This document shows, one piece after another, positions 19,416-30,880 of a stretch of 64,000 nt of DNA; position 1 is the stretch's first letter; each line of letters begins with the position of its first letter. The stretch is from a virus. The notes beneath the pieces were generated by a model, which was not told the DNA's origin, did not search any database, and worked only from the letters and a program-made list of their open reading frames with translations. Location of the stretch: IMG/VR virus record IMGVR_UViG_3300034104_005002, positions 64,001-128,000 of that record. One strand, given 5' to 3'. A program made the position numbers and the translations under genes.

Positions 19416-22400
19416 GGAATTAATGTATCGGATCTTCTAAATCGTGAAATTAAATTACTAAAAACCCTAACTTCATAATCAGAACTACTAAAGGGGGTAA
19501 AATATATTTCTAAATCGCCATTGACATTTGAATATTCTACTTCCAATTGTCCTATTGAATTTTGTATATTTAGATCACCAAATTCCACTGAATATATTTC
19601 TTGATTTGAACTATTTAACATGGTTAATAATTCCGTATAATTGATAGAACTTGAATTATTATCTTGAATTAATATTTGATGCGAACCTGCCTTAAAATCA
19701 TTATCATAAGAATAAATCAGGGTTTTTGAAGTAGTAGCCACGCCAACATAAGAACTATCTAATTTATTTCCACTAATAATAAAAGAACTAGTGCTAGTAG
19801 ATGTTGTACCTGAGATTTCAATAGACAAAGAATTTACTTCATACGGCGCGGAGCTGTTCGGTTCTACATCAATTTTAACTTCTGAATTTTCTAGGTAAAT
19901 ATTATATGATCCCACACCAGAAGGATTTCCCATATTTAAACCACCATAAGAATTATAAATTACATTTGTCCCATCATGAACATAGTTTATTTCATCAGAA
20001 TAATAGTTTCCATTTTCTTTATCGGAATATACAATAAGAACCTTTGCTGCAGATTTTGAATCTGGAATACTTAATATTGTATTAGTACTTGTCCCAACTC
20101 CAACTGTTTTGTGTGAATTAATTTGTACAACATCACCTAAAGAAATGGAACCAAGTTCATCATCAGAATCACTGATATTGAATGAAAAACTATTCACAGA
20201 GTAGACTTTATTAGAAATATCAAATGGGAAAAATTTAAGATTAATATTTAGACCATTAACCTCGGCGTTGAATGTTCCTAATTCCTTTATGGAATCATTT
20301 ACAGCATATTGATTTATTGACACAATGATGTCATCGTGCAAGAGATTAATCAAAAGAGACTGAGAATCCTGAGGATCAATTCTATCAAAAATGTGAATAG
20401 TGTACTTTTTAAATCTATATAAAAATTTATTAAAAGTATCAATATCTACATTATTTTCTCTTATAACTGGTAAAAATTTATCAGAAATATCGTCAATGAG
20501 AACAACTTTATTACCAACTGATTCAATATAATTTTGGATTCTTTTATTATTAAAGTAGATTTCATTTGAACTTGTTACACCATCAATATCAAAATAATTT
20601 TCCGTGACCAAATCAAAGTCATAGACACAATTCACATCTAAAACATTTTGAATATCATTGATAACCTCAACTGTTCCAAGACCTTGTTCCGTGTTGAAAC
20701 CAACATTATCGTGAGTCGTGTTGATTAAAAGATTTCCAAATTTTTTAAAACCAGCAGTGTGATTTAATGAATCAACGGTATCAGTCCAATCCACATATTG
20801 TTCTTCGGATCTTAAATCATATGAAAAATATTGATAATAATCACTATCATGCAGTCTTTGAAGAGAATCATTTAAGAACCCTACATTGCTATTCCAGCCT
20901 TTTTGTACGACTGAACTTGGTTCAATATCAATATATGCTTCCGGTAAATATGCATAAGTAACCTCGGAATAGTTCTTGCTTGTTACTCCAAAAATTATAT
21001 CATCAGTATTGATCTTATCTACTGAAATTACCTTGAGAATAGAATTATCAACATCCCAATTAATAACTTCACCAATCTTATTAGAAAGAGTTCTAAATTT
21101 TTCACCCCGAAGATAAATATTGGTTTTTAGTTTAATATCGAAAGAGGGTAGATATTTCTGAGGAATAGCGAAACCACTAGTATAGAAATCATCTACTGTT
21201 CCTGGATTTATTTGATCTAGGGCGAATGTAAAATTAGCCAGGCCACCAATATTAGCATTTCCGGAAAGAATTTCAAAATATTGATACCCATAATTACTTG
21301 AATTATAGCCAGAACCACTAATGGCAGAAACTCCTTCAATATAAACAAATTCGCCAGTAGAAAATGGAAATTCATCAACACTATTAAAAGGATTTTTTAA
21401 TTGAACCGTTACAATTTTTGTTCCGGAGTTAAAAGTGATTGCGGAAATTTCAAACCCATTATCATTATTTACTGGAATTATTTCAGCACCATTATCTGTA
21501 ATTTTATTTGTATTTTGAATTATTTTAACCAGATTTGAATCTAGATCATAATCTAACTCCGCAGTATGAGGGATTCTCGTTGTTTTATCAATCAGAATTA
21601 AATCTGGAGCAAATGAATATCCAAATCCTCTTTCAGTTACTGTAACTGACTCCAACTGGAACAATCTCTCAATTCTTAAAATTTGAGGAAGATTTGCCTT
21701 TGGTCTAATTGTATAATCAACAGTATAATCAAAACCAATATCTAACTTCTTAGTATTTTCAATTTGGCCAATATCGCTAGAAATTGGATTTATTACAGCA
21801 TCAGTTCCAGATTGTGTTTCAATTTTATCTATTACTGGCAGGGTATTTGAATATTCTATATTAGTTACTTTAATATTGTGAATAGGTCCAATAGCAGTCT
21901 TAGAATTTGTTGTGTAAGTTATTGAATTTTGATAAGAATTTGCCTCTGGATAATCAAAAAGTTCATAAGAGAAAGTGGTGGAGCCAACTGAAATGATTTC
22001 ATGTGGCCCAGAATATTTGCTATCTATTTTTTGTAAACCAAAGGCCTCAATTTGCTCTAAGTCAAAAGATATTTCTCTTTTAATGACCGGGGCTTCCGAA
22101 GTTGGGATGATAGCATAATATAAATTATCTTTAATATTTTCAGTGGTTAATTTATATTTTGCGGTACTATCAATTCCAACTATTCCTTCTTGAGCCAGAT
22201 TATATGTAAAGTACTCATTAATCAGGTCTTTATCTTCATATAACCTTAATGTAAATGCCGGAAAGATTTCCCCAGAAATTGTATAAGAAAGTGAGGAATC
22301 AGAAACATCAAAAATAATATTTTGATTTTTAATAATTTCTATTTTTGGATTTATTGAATAGAAGAAACCCGAACCGGAAGAAGTCAGATTAATTTCTTCT

Positions 22401-25400
22401 AGTGGGGGTGTCACCGCATCATAATAGGAATTGGCCAGTTTAAACTGATTTTTAGTGATGGGAATGACATAATACATTCCCTGGCCTGTTAATCCACCAA
22501 TAGGAGAGGTTTCATTATAAATTACTTTTTCGCCAAGTCTAAATTTATGATTATTTGATGTAATAACATTAGTTAAAACATCAATAGAATCTATGAATCT
22601 TTTATTGACACAGAATCTTCGATTATGATCATTATAAAAAATACTGTAACTTGTGGTAATTCCACTTACAACATTAACATTTACTTGGTCAAGAAGACTT
22701 AAACCGTGATTGGAATTTGTGATTACATTTACTTTATTATTTGAAATATTTGCAATAAAATTACCCTCAAAATTTGTTTTGAAACTATGATTATCACTGG
22801 TTCCTATTGAAACAAAACTTAATTCATTTCCTGATTGTCTTGTGGTGGAAATTGAAATGAGATCGTTGTTAATTTTGTTTACAAATAGTTCCTGATTTTC
22901 TAGGAGGGTAGTCGTCCCAATTCCACTAAATGAAACTTGAATTGGACTGCCACCGTTACTGGAATAGAATAGAGAATTTCCAGAAACTAGTTGGTGATTT
23001 TCTAGTAGTATAGTCTTATTAGGAATAGTGAGGAATGTAACACCAAGACCAGGATTTGAGAAAAATACAGTAGAAATACCTACTGTTCCAATTCCTAAAG
23101 ATTCTACTGGATTAAAATAGTATTCCCGATTCAATTTAAAATTATAATAAGTAGAAATACCTATATTAAATGTAAGTTTTCTTGAATCTTCAGAAAGAGT
23201 TGTATTTATTGGGTAAGTAGAAATGCCCACCGAAGACCCACCATATCCTCTCTGCACTTTAATTCTAGATGCTTTTGAATCAATTGAAAGAACTCTTACT
23301 TTTTCGTTATTAATGATAAAAACATCATTCTCTTTAAGTGGGAAATTTAAATTACCATCTACACTAAAATATGTGACGAATCCAGTAACAGCCCCCGGTT
23401 CAACAGGAGCCGATAGTGACAGAGTAGTTTGAACCGGAGTTGCTTTTATTTTTTTGTTGAGTTCAAATTCTGAATTTAGTCTAAAGGGGGTAGTGGTTTC
23501 TATATTATGTGGATTTTCAAAAAGGCCGATATGTGAGTTTTTAAATGGAATGATTTCTAGACCAGAAAATGTTGTATGAGAAACACCAATTGAATAAACC
23601 CCGACACCTTGAATTTCATTAACTCTCGCAATTGTCCCATCACTTAAAGTAATAGAATCTTCAACTTTATAATTACTTCCAGATTCAACAATTTCAAAAC
23701 CATCAACAAAAGAAGTTTTGGTTTTTATGATCTCTAGAGATTCTTCTTTTATTTTATTCGGATTTAAGAGGAATTCATATCTACTGGTATCATTTAATAG
23801 TTTATATGGGGTGGTATTTCTTAAAATCTTATTTCCCAGATCTTCAAACTTGTCAATTTGTGATGTTTTTTTATTTTTATATGTTGGACCAATAATATAA
23901 GGAAACACTGGAGTAAAATAATTAAAAAATGGCCCAGAACTTGCAACAATATTTGAAATGGTGCAGAAGTACGCATAGGTTCCTTGGGGAAATTCTGGAG
24001 TAATACAGAATCTTCCATTATTCTCATCGAGGTCTCCACTACCATCAAACAAGTAATCATCCACAAAAAAGCCAATAGGGAAAATAGATAATGGGGGTCT
24101 ATTTTCTTGACTTAGTTCAGTTGTGGTTTTTATTCTATAGCTAGATTTAAGAGCCCTTACCTGTCCAGAATTTCCATTTGCATAACTATAGGGTCCGTAG
24201 ATGGGATTTCCATCATAGGCCCAGCCAATAAGGGGGGAATGTGCATTTGAGGCAATTTCTTTCCCCTGAACAACGTTTAAATCTCTGACATTTACATTTC
24301 CGACTTTTCTAAGTAGGGATCTTCTTAGTGATCTTGGAGCATAAAGATGGGTATATTCAAGAGAATTCACGTTTCTTGCCAAGAAACCATCATCTTTTGT
24401 TATATTTTCACCCGATATTAATTTTTGTACTAGATTGACTCTTCTTGAGGCTATATTTACATTAAACTTTGCATTAAAGCCTTTTGGAATTACAGAAATA
24501 ATAGTATTATCTGGATTAAGATTTTGTCCACCATTAACAACAATTACTTGAACTAATTTTCCTTCAACAATAACAGGAGTTAAATTGACCCCGGTATCCA
24601 CCGGACCAACAACTAATTCTGGAATTTGCTGGTATCCACTACCAGAGGAGTTGACAATTACTCTAGAGATAGAACCGTTTACGATAATTGGAGTTACTTG
24701 GGCATTTCTTCCTTCTTGTATAATTAAATTGGGCTTTCTTTGATAATTTAAAATATTTGCTGAACCATAATTCTGCCCGCCTTGATCTATTTGGATAGAT
24801 TGAATTTTACCAGAAAATACCGGCTGAATTTGCCCTCTAAAATCTTGCCCCAAAAAAGAGGAAATACCTATTCTTCCAGAAAGCTCTACTTTAATTTCGG
24901 GATAATTTAGATAATGATTTCCAGAAGGTAATGATAAAATATCTACATACTTTTTCTTTTTATAATTGACATCGGCTCTTTCAATTGAAGAGGTATCTGA
25001 AAGTCTAATTTGATCGTTATCAATGACAGTAACGTAATATTGAGTAGTCTGGGCAAGACCAACAATTGGTGATCCAGAAGTCTTGTATTCAACAATCTCA
25101 CCAGAAACATATCCATGATTATTAATAATCAAAGAATCTGATGCAGTATTAATTCCAACAATTTTTACTCTCTTATTTTTATACCCGGAACCAGAATTTG
25201 TGACTTCTATTCTTGAAATTTTTTTCTTTGAACTAATCGAAGTCAATGAATGAATTCCGGTCCCAATTCCACTTAAATTAATTGGGGCAGATTGATCAAG
25301 AGCAAAGTATAACTGAACTCTTTTTGCATCAAGAGGCTTTACATAGTATTTTGAGTTTGTATCAATACCTATAACATTCTTTTGGTTGTCGGTTCTATAA

Positions 25401-27838
25401 ATAACCTCTTCATTATCTGCAAATTTGTGATCCTCGGTAAATACAATAATGTCATTTATAGTATCAACCGCTGTCTCTGAATTAAATTCAACAGAATGAA
25501 TAAATGAAACCAATTTTACTGTGGCTTCGGCACCCGCACCATTTCCGCCTGTGATTTTAATTTGTGGAACATCAAGATAATCAAACCCTGGATCAATTAC
25601 ATCAATTCTCTCAAGAGAGCCCTCAACCGCAACAGATAATGAGGCCCCAGTGCCAACTGTGTCAACAACATTTATTGTGGGTGGTTGAATTACATTGTAA
25701 CTATCACCACCATCTAGAACATCAACAGATGTAATAGGTCCATAGAAAGATGAATCTTCTGATTTAAAGTTTGAAATTTCAACCCCATTAATTAGAATAC
25801 CAACAGTTCCGGATTCAGTAACCTCTTCTTTGTCCTTTAAGATAGGAGATTCTAATTTTTTAATGATATTTTGTGGTCGAAGTGGAAGCCTATTGAAATT
25901 TAAGTCATTAAAACCTAGGGGCTCAAGAGAACCATTTGAGATTTGCCCAGAGAAGACAACAAATTCATTAGAAATAATATTTTCTGGGCTTTTTGCTAGT
26001 CTTATTGTATCTATAGAAACAACAAAAACAATATAAGAACCATCCGTTGCGATTGAATTTTGGTTTTTAAGAACAACAGATTCCCCTGTAAACAGGCCGT
26101 GTGGTCTGGAAAATACTATCTGATTTAGGCCATCATAATCACCAGAAGGAATGGTCAGAGTAAAATCGTTGATTTCAAGAGGAAATCCTAGATATGTTGG
26201 GAGAGACGGCGACGAAACATAAACACTCTTATCATAATCAGTGTAAATGTTTTGAACATTTGAATTAAAGATGCTTATATTAGAATATTTTTCAGACTGG
26301 ACATTTACTTTTGAAATATTCTTTCTTATGGTATAAGATAAAATCTCGCTTAACGGACCAGTACCCGTGATAATTACGATTTTCTCATTTTCTACAAAGT
26401 TTATGGTTCCATTATAGTTTGAATCATCAGAGGCGTAGAGAGTAAAGGAATCGCCAATTACGAAATTATGTTCATCAAAAAGAGAAACCCTATAAGAAAA
26501 ATTAGAAGAATCTTCTATTATAATTGCCTGAACATCATAGGTAACTGAAATATTAAAGAACCAGTTGTTAGCCTTCAGTTCGGAAATGTCTTCGCCTAAA
26601 GTCTTGATTTTAATTTTTTCTTTTGGCTCATAATAGAAGGTATTGTCAATATAATCAATATCACCAAGTACCCCATTTACAAACAATTCAACTCTATTTC
26701 CATTGTTATCCAATCCATAAATCAAATTATCAATTTTAATTTCTGATTTTTCTGGAATAGTATTTGAAATACCAGAACAATCTAAAAATTGATTTAAAAC
26801 CTTACTTTGATAAGATACTGTTAAAATTGTTCCATCTTCTAGGTTGATTTTTAACTCACCAGAATCTGGAAACCCAACAGTTGAATCAACATCAATATGG
26901 GCTGATCCTGAATTAACTCTAGAAGTGGATAATGTTTTGGGGTGAATACTGAATTCACTTTTTACTGTACCAGATGCATCCACATCTCGATTATAATCAA
27001 AATCAAGACTAATAATAAAATATTCTTTATTGTCTCTTATGATCTTGGTGGCCTCAATAACCGTCCCCTGGGCTGGTTCTATGGATGAAGTAGCATCCTG
27101 ATAAAGAGTGGAATTGATCAGACCATAAGGATCGCCAGAAATAACCTCCACTACGAGGTCCTTGGTGACCCTATACTGGGCATCTGATGGGCGAATTAGA
27201 AAATCTCTTGGCTTGATAACATCAACAGGCTTACCATAAAGAGCCCCGAACAACATTCTAAAAGATTCATCAGAACCCTTAGAAGAATAAAAAGACTTGG
27301 CATTTTTTGCAAAATTAGATGCATTTAGACCGGAGAAGAATTTTCTATCTTCAAATCCCGGAATAATTTTCTTTTTGGTTTGTATTGCAAATTGCTGAAG
27401 ATATAGGGCACTCAAATTTAAAACAATAGATTCACTTGAATGTCTCTCACTTTCTGATTCAGAAAATTCTAGGAACTTTCTATCAAGTTTCGTAATTCCA
27501 CTAAATCCTCTGACACAACCGATAAATTGAGTCTCTGATTTTGATTTATAAAAGATAATTTCATTATTGATTTTAATTAGACCATTATTATCCGGAAATC
27601 CTTCTGTGGAATCAGCAGTAATTGTGGTATCATTAAAACCGACATTTTGATCTAATATTGCCTCTAATCGAATATTAAAGACTACATCTAGATCAATATT
27701 TTTATCTAAATTTTGAATAAGTTCTTCCGATTTGTCGGAAAGATAATATTGACGAAGGAATTCCGAAAATAGAGGATATTCTTCTCTTACAAAAAGTGGT
27801 AATTGGGAATCTACAATCGTTGAAACGGGAATTCTCAT
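19412..27838 (-). CDS. gp7: Baseplate wedge initiator, N-terminal part (gp7-like)
   Basis: SQLPLFVREEYPLF, FYSSKGSDESF, HSPLIGWAYDGNPIYGP, DLDENNGRFC.TPEFP.GTYAYF, DSDYYQYFSY, HTAGFKKFG. Confidence 0.85.
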   Translation of the reverse strand: MRIPVSTIVDSQLPLFVREEYPLFSEFLRQYYLSDKSEELIQNLDKNIDLDVVFNIRLEAILDQNVGFNDTTITADSTEGFPDNNGLIKINNEIIFYKSKSETQFIGCVRGFSGITKLDRKFLEFSESESERHSSESIVLNLSALYLQQFAIQTKKKIIPGFEDRKFFSGLNASNFAKNAKSFYSSKGSDESFRMLFGALYGKPVDVIKPRDFLIRPSDAQYRVTKDLVVEVISGDPYGLINSTLYQDATSSIEPAQGTVIEATKIIRDNKEYFIISLDFDYNRDVDASGTVKSEFSIHPKTLSTSRVNSGSAHIDVDSTVGFPDSGELKINLEDGTILTVSYQSKVLNQFLDCSGISNTIPEKSEIKIDNLIYGLDNNGNRVELFVNGVLGDIDYIDNTFYYEPKEKIKIKTLGEDISELKANNWFFNISVTYDVQAIIIEDSSNFSYRVSLFDEHNFVIGDSFTLYASDDSNYNGTINFVENEKIVIITGTGPLSEILSYTIRKNISKVNVQSEKYSNISIFNSNVQNIYTDYDKSVYVSSPSLPTYLGFPLEINDFTLTIPSGDYDGLNQIVFSRPHGLFTGESVVLKNQNSIATDGSYIVFVVSIDTIRLAKSPENIISNEFVVFSGQISNGSLEPLGFNDLNFNRLPLRPQNIIKKLESPILKDKEEVTESGTVGILINGVEISNFKSEDSSFYGPITSVDVLDGGDSYNVIQPPTINVVDTVGTGASLSVAVEGSLERIDVIDPGFDYLDVPQIKITGGNGAGAEATVKLVSFIHSVEFNSETAVDTINDIIVFTEDHKFADNEEVIYRTDNQKNVIGIDTNSKYYVKPLDAKRVQLYFALDQSAPINLSGIGTGIHSLTSISSKKKISRIEVTNSGSGYKNKRVKIVGINTASDSLIINNHGYVSGEIVEYKTSGSPIVGLAQTTQYYVTVIDNDQIRLSDTSSIERADVNYKKKKYVDILSLPSGNHYLNYPEIKVELSGRIGISSFLGQDFRGQIQPVFSGKIQSIQIDQGGQNYGSANILNYQRKPNLIIQEGRNAQVTPIIVNGSISRVIVNSSGSGYQQIPELVVGPVDTGVNLTPVIVEGKLVQVIVVNGGQNLNPDNTIISVIPKGFNAKFNVNIASRRVNLVQKLISGENITKDDGFLARNVNSLEYTHLYAPRSLRRSLLRKVGNVNVRDLNVVQGKEIASNAHSPLIGWAYDGNPIYGPYSYANGNSGQVRALKSSYRIKTTTELSQENRPPLSIFPIGFFVDDYLFDGSGDLDENNGRFCITPEFPQGTYAYFCTISNIVASSGPFFNYFTPVFPYIIGPTYKNKKTSQIDKFEDLGNKILRNTTPYKLLNDTSRYEFLLNPNKIKEESLEIIKTKTSFVDGFEIVESGSNYKVEDSITLSDGTIARVNEIQGVGVYSIGVSHTTFSGLEIIPFKNSHIGLFENPHNIETTTPFRLNSEFELNKKIKATPVQTTLSLSAPVEPGAVTGFVTYFSVDGNLNFPLKENDVFIINNEKVRVLSIDSKASRIKVQRGYGGSSVGISTYPINTTLSEDSRKLTFNIGISTYYNFKLNREYYFNPVESLGIGTVGISTVFFSNPGLGVTFLTIPNKTILLENHQLVSGNSLFYSSNGGSPIQVSFSGIGTTTLLENQELFVNKINNDLISISTTRQSGNELSFVSIGTSDNHSFKTNFEGNFIANISNNKVNVITNSNHGLSLLDQVNVNVVSGITTSYSIFYNDHNRRFCVNKRFIDSIDVLTNVITSNNHKFRLGEKVIYNETSPIGGLTGQGMYYVIPITKNQFKLANSYYDAVTPPLEEINLTSSGSGFFYSINPKIEIIKNQNIIFDVSDSSLSYTISGEIFPAFTLRLYEDKDLINEYFTYNLAQEGIVGIDSTAKYKLTTENIKDNLYYAIIPTSEAPVIKREISFDLEQIEAFGLQKIDSKYSGPHEIISVGSTTFSYELFDYPEANSYQNSITYTTNSKTAIGPIHNIKVTNIEYSNTLPVIDKIETQSGTDAVINPISSDIGQIENTKKLDIGFDYTVDYTIRPKANLPQILRIERLFQLESVTVTERGFGYSFAPDLILIDKTTRIPHTAELDYDLDSNLVKIIQNTNKITDNGAEIIPVNNDNGFEISAITFNSGTKIVTVQLKNPFNSVDEFPFSTGEFVYIEGVSAISGSGYNSSNYGYQYFEILSGNANIGGLANFTFALDQINPGTVDDFYTSGFAIPQKYLPSFDIKLKTNIYLRGEKFRTLSNKIGEVINWDVDNSILKVISVDKINTDDIIFGVTSKNYSEVTYAYLPEAYIDIEPSSVVQKGWNSNVGFLNDSLQRLHDSDYYQYFSYDLRSEEQYVDWTDTVDSLNHTAGFKKFGNLLINTTHDNVGFNTEQGLGTVEVINDIQNVLDVNCVYDFDLVTENYFDIDGVTSSNEIYFNNKRIQNYIESVGNKVVLIDDISDKFLPVIRENNVDIDTFNKFLYRFKKYTIHIFDRIDPQDSQSLLINLLHDDIIVSINQYAVNDSIKELGTFNAEVNGLNINLKFFPFDISNKVYSVNSFSFNISDSDDELGSISLGDVVQINSHKTVGVGTSTNTILSIPDSKSAAKVLIVYSDKENGNYYSDEINYVHDGTNVIYNSYGGLNMGNPSGVGSYNIYLENSEVKIDVEPNSSAPYEVNSLSIEISGTTSTSTSSFIISGNKLDSSYVGVATTSKTLIYSYDNDFKAGSHQILIQDNNSSSINYTELLTMLNSSNQEIYSVEFGDLNIQNSIGQLEVEYSNVNGDLEIYFTPFSSSDYEVRVFSNLISRFRRSDTLIP

Positions 27839-29733
27839 CGTCTAATAATTTTTTCTTCTAGGTAACTTGATGTAGATATGTAGTTTGATCCTGTGATGTC
27901 TGCGCCGGATGAGATATTGTCAACAATCATGTTTACGGTACTATTTGAGGTATCCAATTGTAAATAGAGATCCTGTAATCCAATCACATCATTGGATCTA
28001 GGAATTGCTGCAATTTCTATAATATTATCAAAACCAAACTTTTTAACAGTATCTCTAATATTTATTGGGTATAAAATTATTTCTCCTTTGGTGTAATGAA
28101 TTTCACCTACGTTTCTTCTAACGATATTAATTGATTCATCATCAGAAAGAGTAAACAGATAGAGACTTCCAGAATCATTAGAAGAAGGAAGGTCGGCCAA
28201 GTAAACGACTGAATTGATCCCAGGAATATAAAAACCAGAGGATTTTATATTATTTCCATTTTGATTTCTAATATGAAACGCATTTCCATAACAAATTTCA
28301 TATGTGGCGAATTTATTGACCTCCACTTTCAAGTTTCTTCTAATTTTGATCTTTGTGATGTTAGAAGTAATTGCCTCGGATGATTCATCAATTAAATTAA
28401 GAAATTTACTATACTTAAATCTTCCACCATATTTGTTTAATTCGGTTGATTTTGCATAAGACTGAATAATCTCAATCAAATTGGACCTTAGGGCCTCTGG
28501 GGAGACCGTAAAATTGGGATTATAGTAAACAGACGTGTCAAATTCGATATAAAGATACTTAAGATCAATAATTTCAGGAACAATTCCGGCCACTGCATAC
28601 TTTCTGAGAGCAGCTTTAATGTTATCTTTTACATTATTTGATAAGAATTCGCCATTTATGGGCTTTATACTGATAAAAACCTTACCAAATTGAGGTGGAG
28701 TCAGGTTTTCACCTCCAAAGGCCGAAATTGACTCGACTTCGGGATAAATTTGAGGTACTATGGCCTCATAATCAGCCGCCGTGACAGCCCGATTTTGGGC
28801 CGAATAGAGCCTCGGGGCGTATCTTTTGATAGAATCTAGGCTTTCGATGGATTTTCCACCAAATGCAGGGGTGTTGACGGTGATTCTGGAGATGTCATTG
28901 TTAACAATGCCTCCATTATTATCAAAAATACGACCAGAAAATGAAAAAGACCGAGCACCATTAGCCTCTTCACCTGATGATGTTAGGTAAGTTATGTCAA
29001 TATAGTTATTATTTTCTAGTTTTTTGCCAAAAATACCATCACCAAAGAAAATTTCATAATATTCATCCTCAATTTCTTGAATAAAGAACACTTTTGAATC
29101 AGATCTGACCTCAAAAATATCCCTACTAAGGTTATACTTAGAAGAAAAGTTTGATTGCTCACTTTCTCTTACAGTAACAGAAATCAAAGAAGTGTCAATT
29201 CCAATATTTGAAAGAATAAATCTCCGATTTCCAGAAAAAGTGAAGTTTTCTACAATAAAATTACCTTCATAAACCGTGATATTATCAAAAAAGGCCAGAC
29301 CATCAACAACCGGAACAGTAATATCATCTAAAATTGAAAAAGTAAAGTTTCTTCCATTAAATTGAGAAGAAGAAACCGCCACGGTTCCTCTTTTAAGAGT
29401 CAGAGTTAAAGGATTAGTAGTTAAATTATTGGTATCTACAAAAAATGAAATATTAGCCCGCGCTGCGGTTCTGGATCTTGGAAGATAGCCAATCTCTTTG
29501 GCCCTAGAGACGACATTTTCTCTTAGAGTAGCACTATCAAGAAAGACCTCATTTGCAATCGCATTTGCATTATAAGAATTGATGTAGGTATTATAGGCCA
29601 GAGTATTGATCAGAATACTAAAATTAGATCCTTCAAAATCATAATCAGTAAATTCTGAACTGGCTCTTAGATAGTCTCTAATAGAAACCTTAATTTGATC
29701 AAAATCTAGATTAGTAAACTGAGTAAGAGCCAT
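27835..29733 (-). CDS. gp6: Baseplate wedge subunit
   Basis: NLDFDQIK, FTDYDFEGS, LAYNTY, FLDSATLRENVVS, FGDGIFG, AQNRAVTA.DY. Confidence 0.95.
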   Translation of the reverse strand: MALTQFTNLDFDQIKVSIRDYLRASSEFTDYDFEGSNFSILINTLAYNTYINSYNANAIANEVFLDSATLRENVVSRAKEIGYLPRSRTAARANISFFVDTNNLTTNPLTLTLKRGTVAVSSSQFNGRNFTFSILDDITVPVVDGLAFFDNITVYEGNFIVENFTFSGNRRFILSNIGIDTSLISVTVRESEQSNFSSKYNLSRDIFEVRSDSKVFFIQEIEDEYYEIFFGDGIFGKKLENNNYIDITYLTSSGEEANGARSFSFSGRIFDNNGGIVNNDISRITVNTPAFGGKSIESLDSIKRYAPRLYSAQNRAVTAADYEAIVPQIYPEVESISAFGGENLTPPQFGKVFISIKPINGEFLSNNVKDNIKAALRKYAVAGIVPEIIDLKYLYIEFDTSVYYNPNFTVSPEALRSNLIEIIQSYAKSTELNKYGGRFKYSKFLNLIDESSEAITSNITKIKIRRNLKVEVNKFATYEICYGNAFHIRNQNGNNIKSSGFYIPGINSVVYLADLPSSNDSGSLYLFTLSDDESINIVRRNVGEIHYTKGEIILYPINIRDTVKKFGFDNIIEIAAIPRSNDVIGLQDLYLQLDTSNSTVNMIVDNISSGADITGSNYISTSSYLEEKIIRR

Positions 29734-30125
29734 TATCGTGTTGAAACTAGGGCCAAGGTTAACTGTTGAGGTGGAACATCAATTCCGATGATATCATAGG
29801 TCAATCTTACATTAAATGCATTGTTATCAAAATCTGGTGTAATGATGACTTCTCTGACATTTATTCGGGGTTCATTTGTAAGGGCATTTCGTACCTCACT
29901 TTCAAGTGCGGTTGAGGTGAAAGAGTCCATATTCTCAAATAGAAGTCTGTTTACAGAACTTCCAATATCGGAATATGGAATCTCACCGATCTGAGTAAAA
30001 ATTAGATTACGAACGGACCTGGAGATGGCAGTTTCATTTTTAATAGCAATCGCATCCTTATTCAAGGGATTAATTTGAAAGGTTGCACTGATATCTTTAA
30101 ACTGCCTACTGGTCCGAATTGCCAT
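29733..30125 (-). CDS. gp25: Baseplate wedge subunit (gp25-like)
   Basis: FKDIS..F..NP, AI.RSVRNL..T..GE, EPRI motif; directly upstream of gp6. Confidence 0.92.
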   Translation of the reverse strand: MAIRTSRQFKDISATFQINPLNKDAIAIKNETAISRSVRNLIFTQIGEIPYSDIGSSVNRLLFENMDSFTSTALESEVRNALTNEPRINVREVIITPDFDNNAFNVRLTYDIIGIDVPPQQLTLALVSTR

Positions 30126-30130
30126 TTTTA

Positions 30131-30325
30131 TTAGGTATTTAGAGTGAGTGAATCCAGGCCATAATCCCAGGCATCAAAAAGTTCGGTCTCTTTTTGTTCC
30201 TCTTCTTTTTTGAATTTTTCATCAGTAACTTCTCTTAGAAGTTTCTTTTTTTCTGGTTTATAATCAGTTACAAGAGAAGTGGTTCCCCACATTTCTTTCA
30301 TGAATTGTGCATTACGATCAGTCAT
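30131..30325 (-). CDS. Hypothetical protein
   Basis: 64-aa ORF (MKEMWGTTSLVTDY), preceded by an AGGAG RBS. Confidence 0.75.
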   Translation of the reverse strand: MTDRNAQFMKEMWGTTSLVTDYKPEKKKLLREVTDEKFKKEEEQKETELFDAWDYGLDSLTLNT

Positions 30326-30389
30326 TGATTTGTCTCCTTAAATTGAGTTTTAAGAGAAACTTTTTGGGTGGTTTCTGAATCACCAGTGG

Positions 30390-30410
30390 TATTTAGGTCG
30401 ATACTAAATA
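30390..30410. promoter_or_regulatory. Back-to-back divergent late promoters
   Basis: TATTTAG-gtcgata-CTAAATA: a CTAAATA box on each strand between divergent genes. Confidence 0.65.
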
Positions 30411-30436
30411 GTTTTATGTGTAAGAAATTTTTTAGG

Positions 30437-30880
30437 ATGAAACCCTATCAGCAGTTTATTTTAGAGGTGGCCCCACAGAGAATGAAGAGAGTTATATTTT
30501 ATCATGGGACTTCTCCAGAGGCTTCAAAAAAAATAGAAAAATCTGGTTTTAATTCTCCTGAAGTTTATGCATCAACAAGCAGTGGAATTGCCCGGTCTTT
30601 CGGTAGTAGACACGGAAAGGGTGTAAAAACTCTTAAGTTTAATGTCCCTAAAAAGGCCGTCAAAGAAACTCCACCAGGAAAGGTTGTAAAGACAGATGGC
30701 CAAAGAGGAACCACTGTATGGGGAAAAGATGAGTATTCTGTTGCAATGGATAGGGATTATGCTAAAAAGCATATAACAAAAGATTCAGACGGGGTGGTTC
30801 ATGCTCCTAAAGTTCCAGTAGAATATAGACGCCATTCACCGTTTAAACAAAGAACTAAAATTAGGCCTAAGAAAAAATGA
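30437..30880 (+). CDS. Putative capsid-internal protein with ADP-ribosyltransferase-like fold
   Basis: Start reassigned to MKPYQQFILE (resembles T4 internal-protein capsid targeting sequence); FYHGTS..I.KSGF..VYASTS..A..FG. Confidence 0.6.
   Translation: MKPYQQFILEVAPQRMKRVIFYHGTSPEASKKIEKSGFNSPEVYASTSSGIARSFGSRHGKGVKTLKFNVPKKAVKETPPGKVVKTDGQRGTTVWGKDEYSVAMDRDYAKKHITKDSDGVVHAPKVPVEYRRHSPFKQRTKIRPKKK

Noticed and set aside
2076-26036. Numerous short ORFs antisense to or nested in structural genes
   Set aside because: Shadows of long conserved minus-strand genes; no motifs or expression signals.
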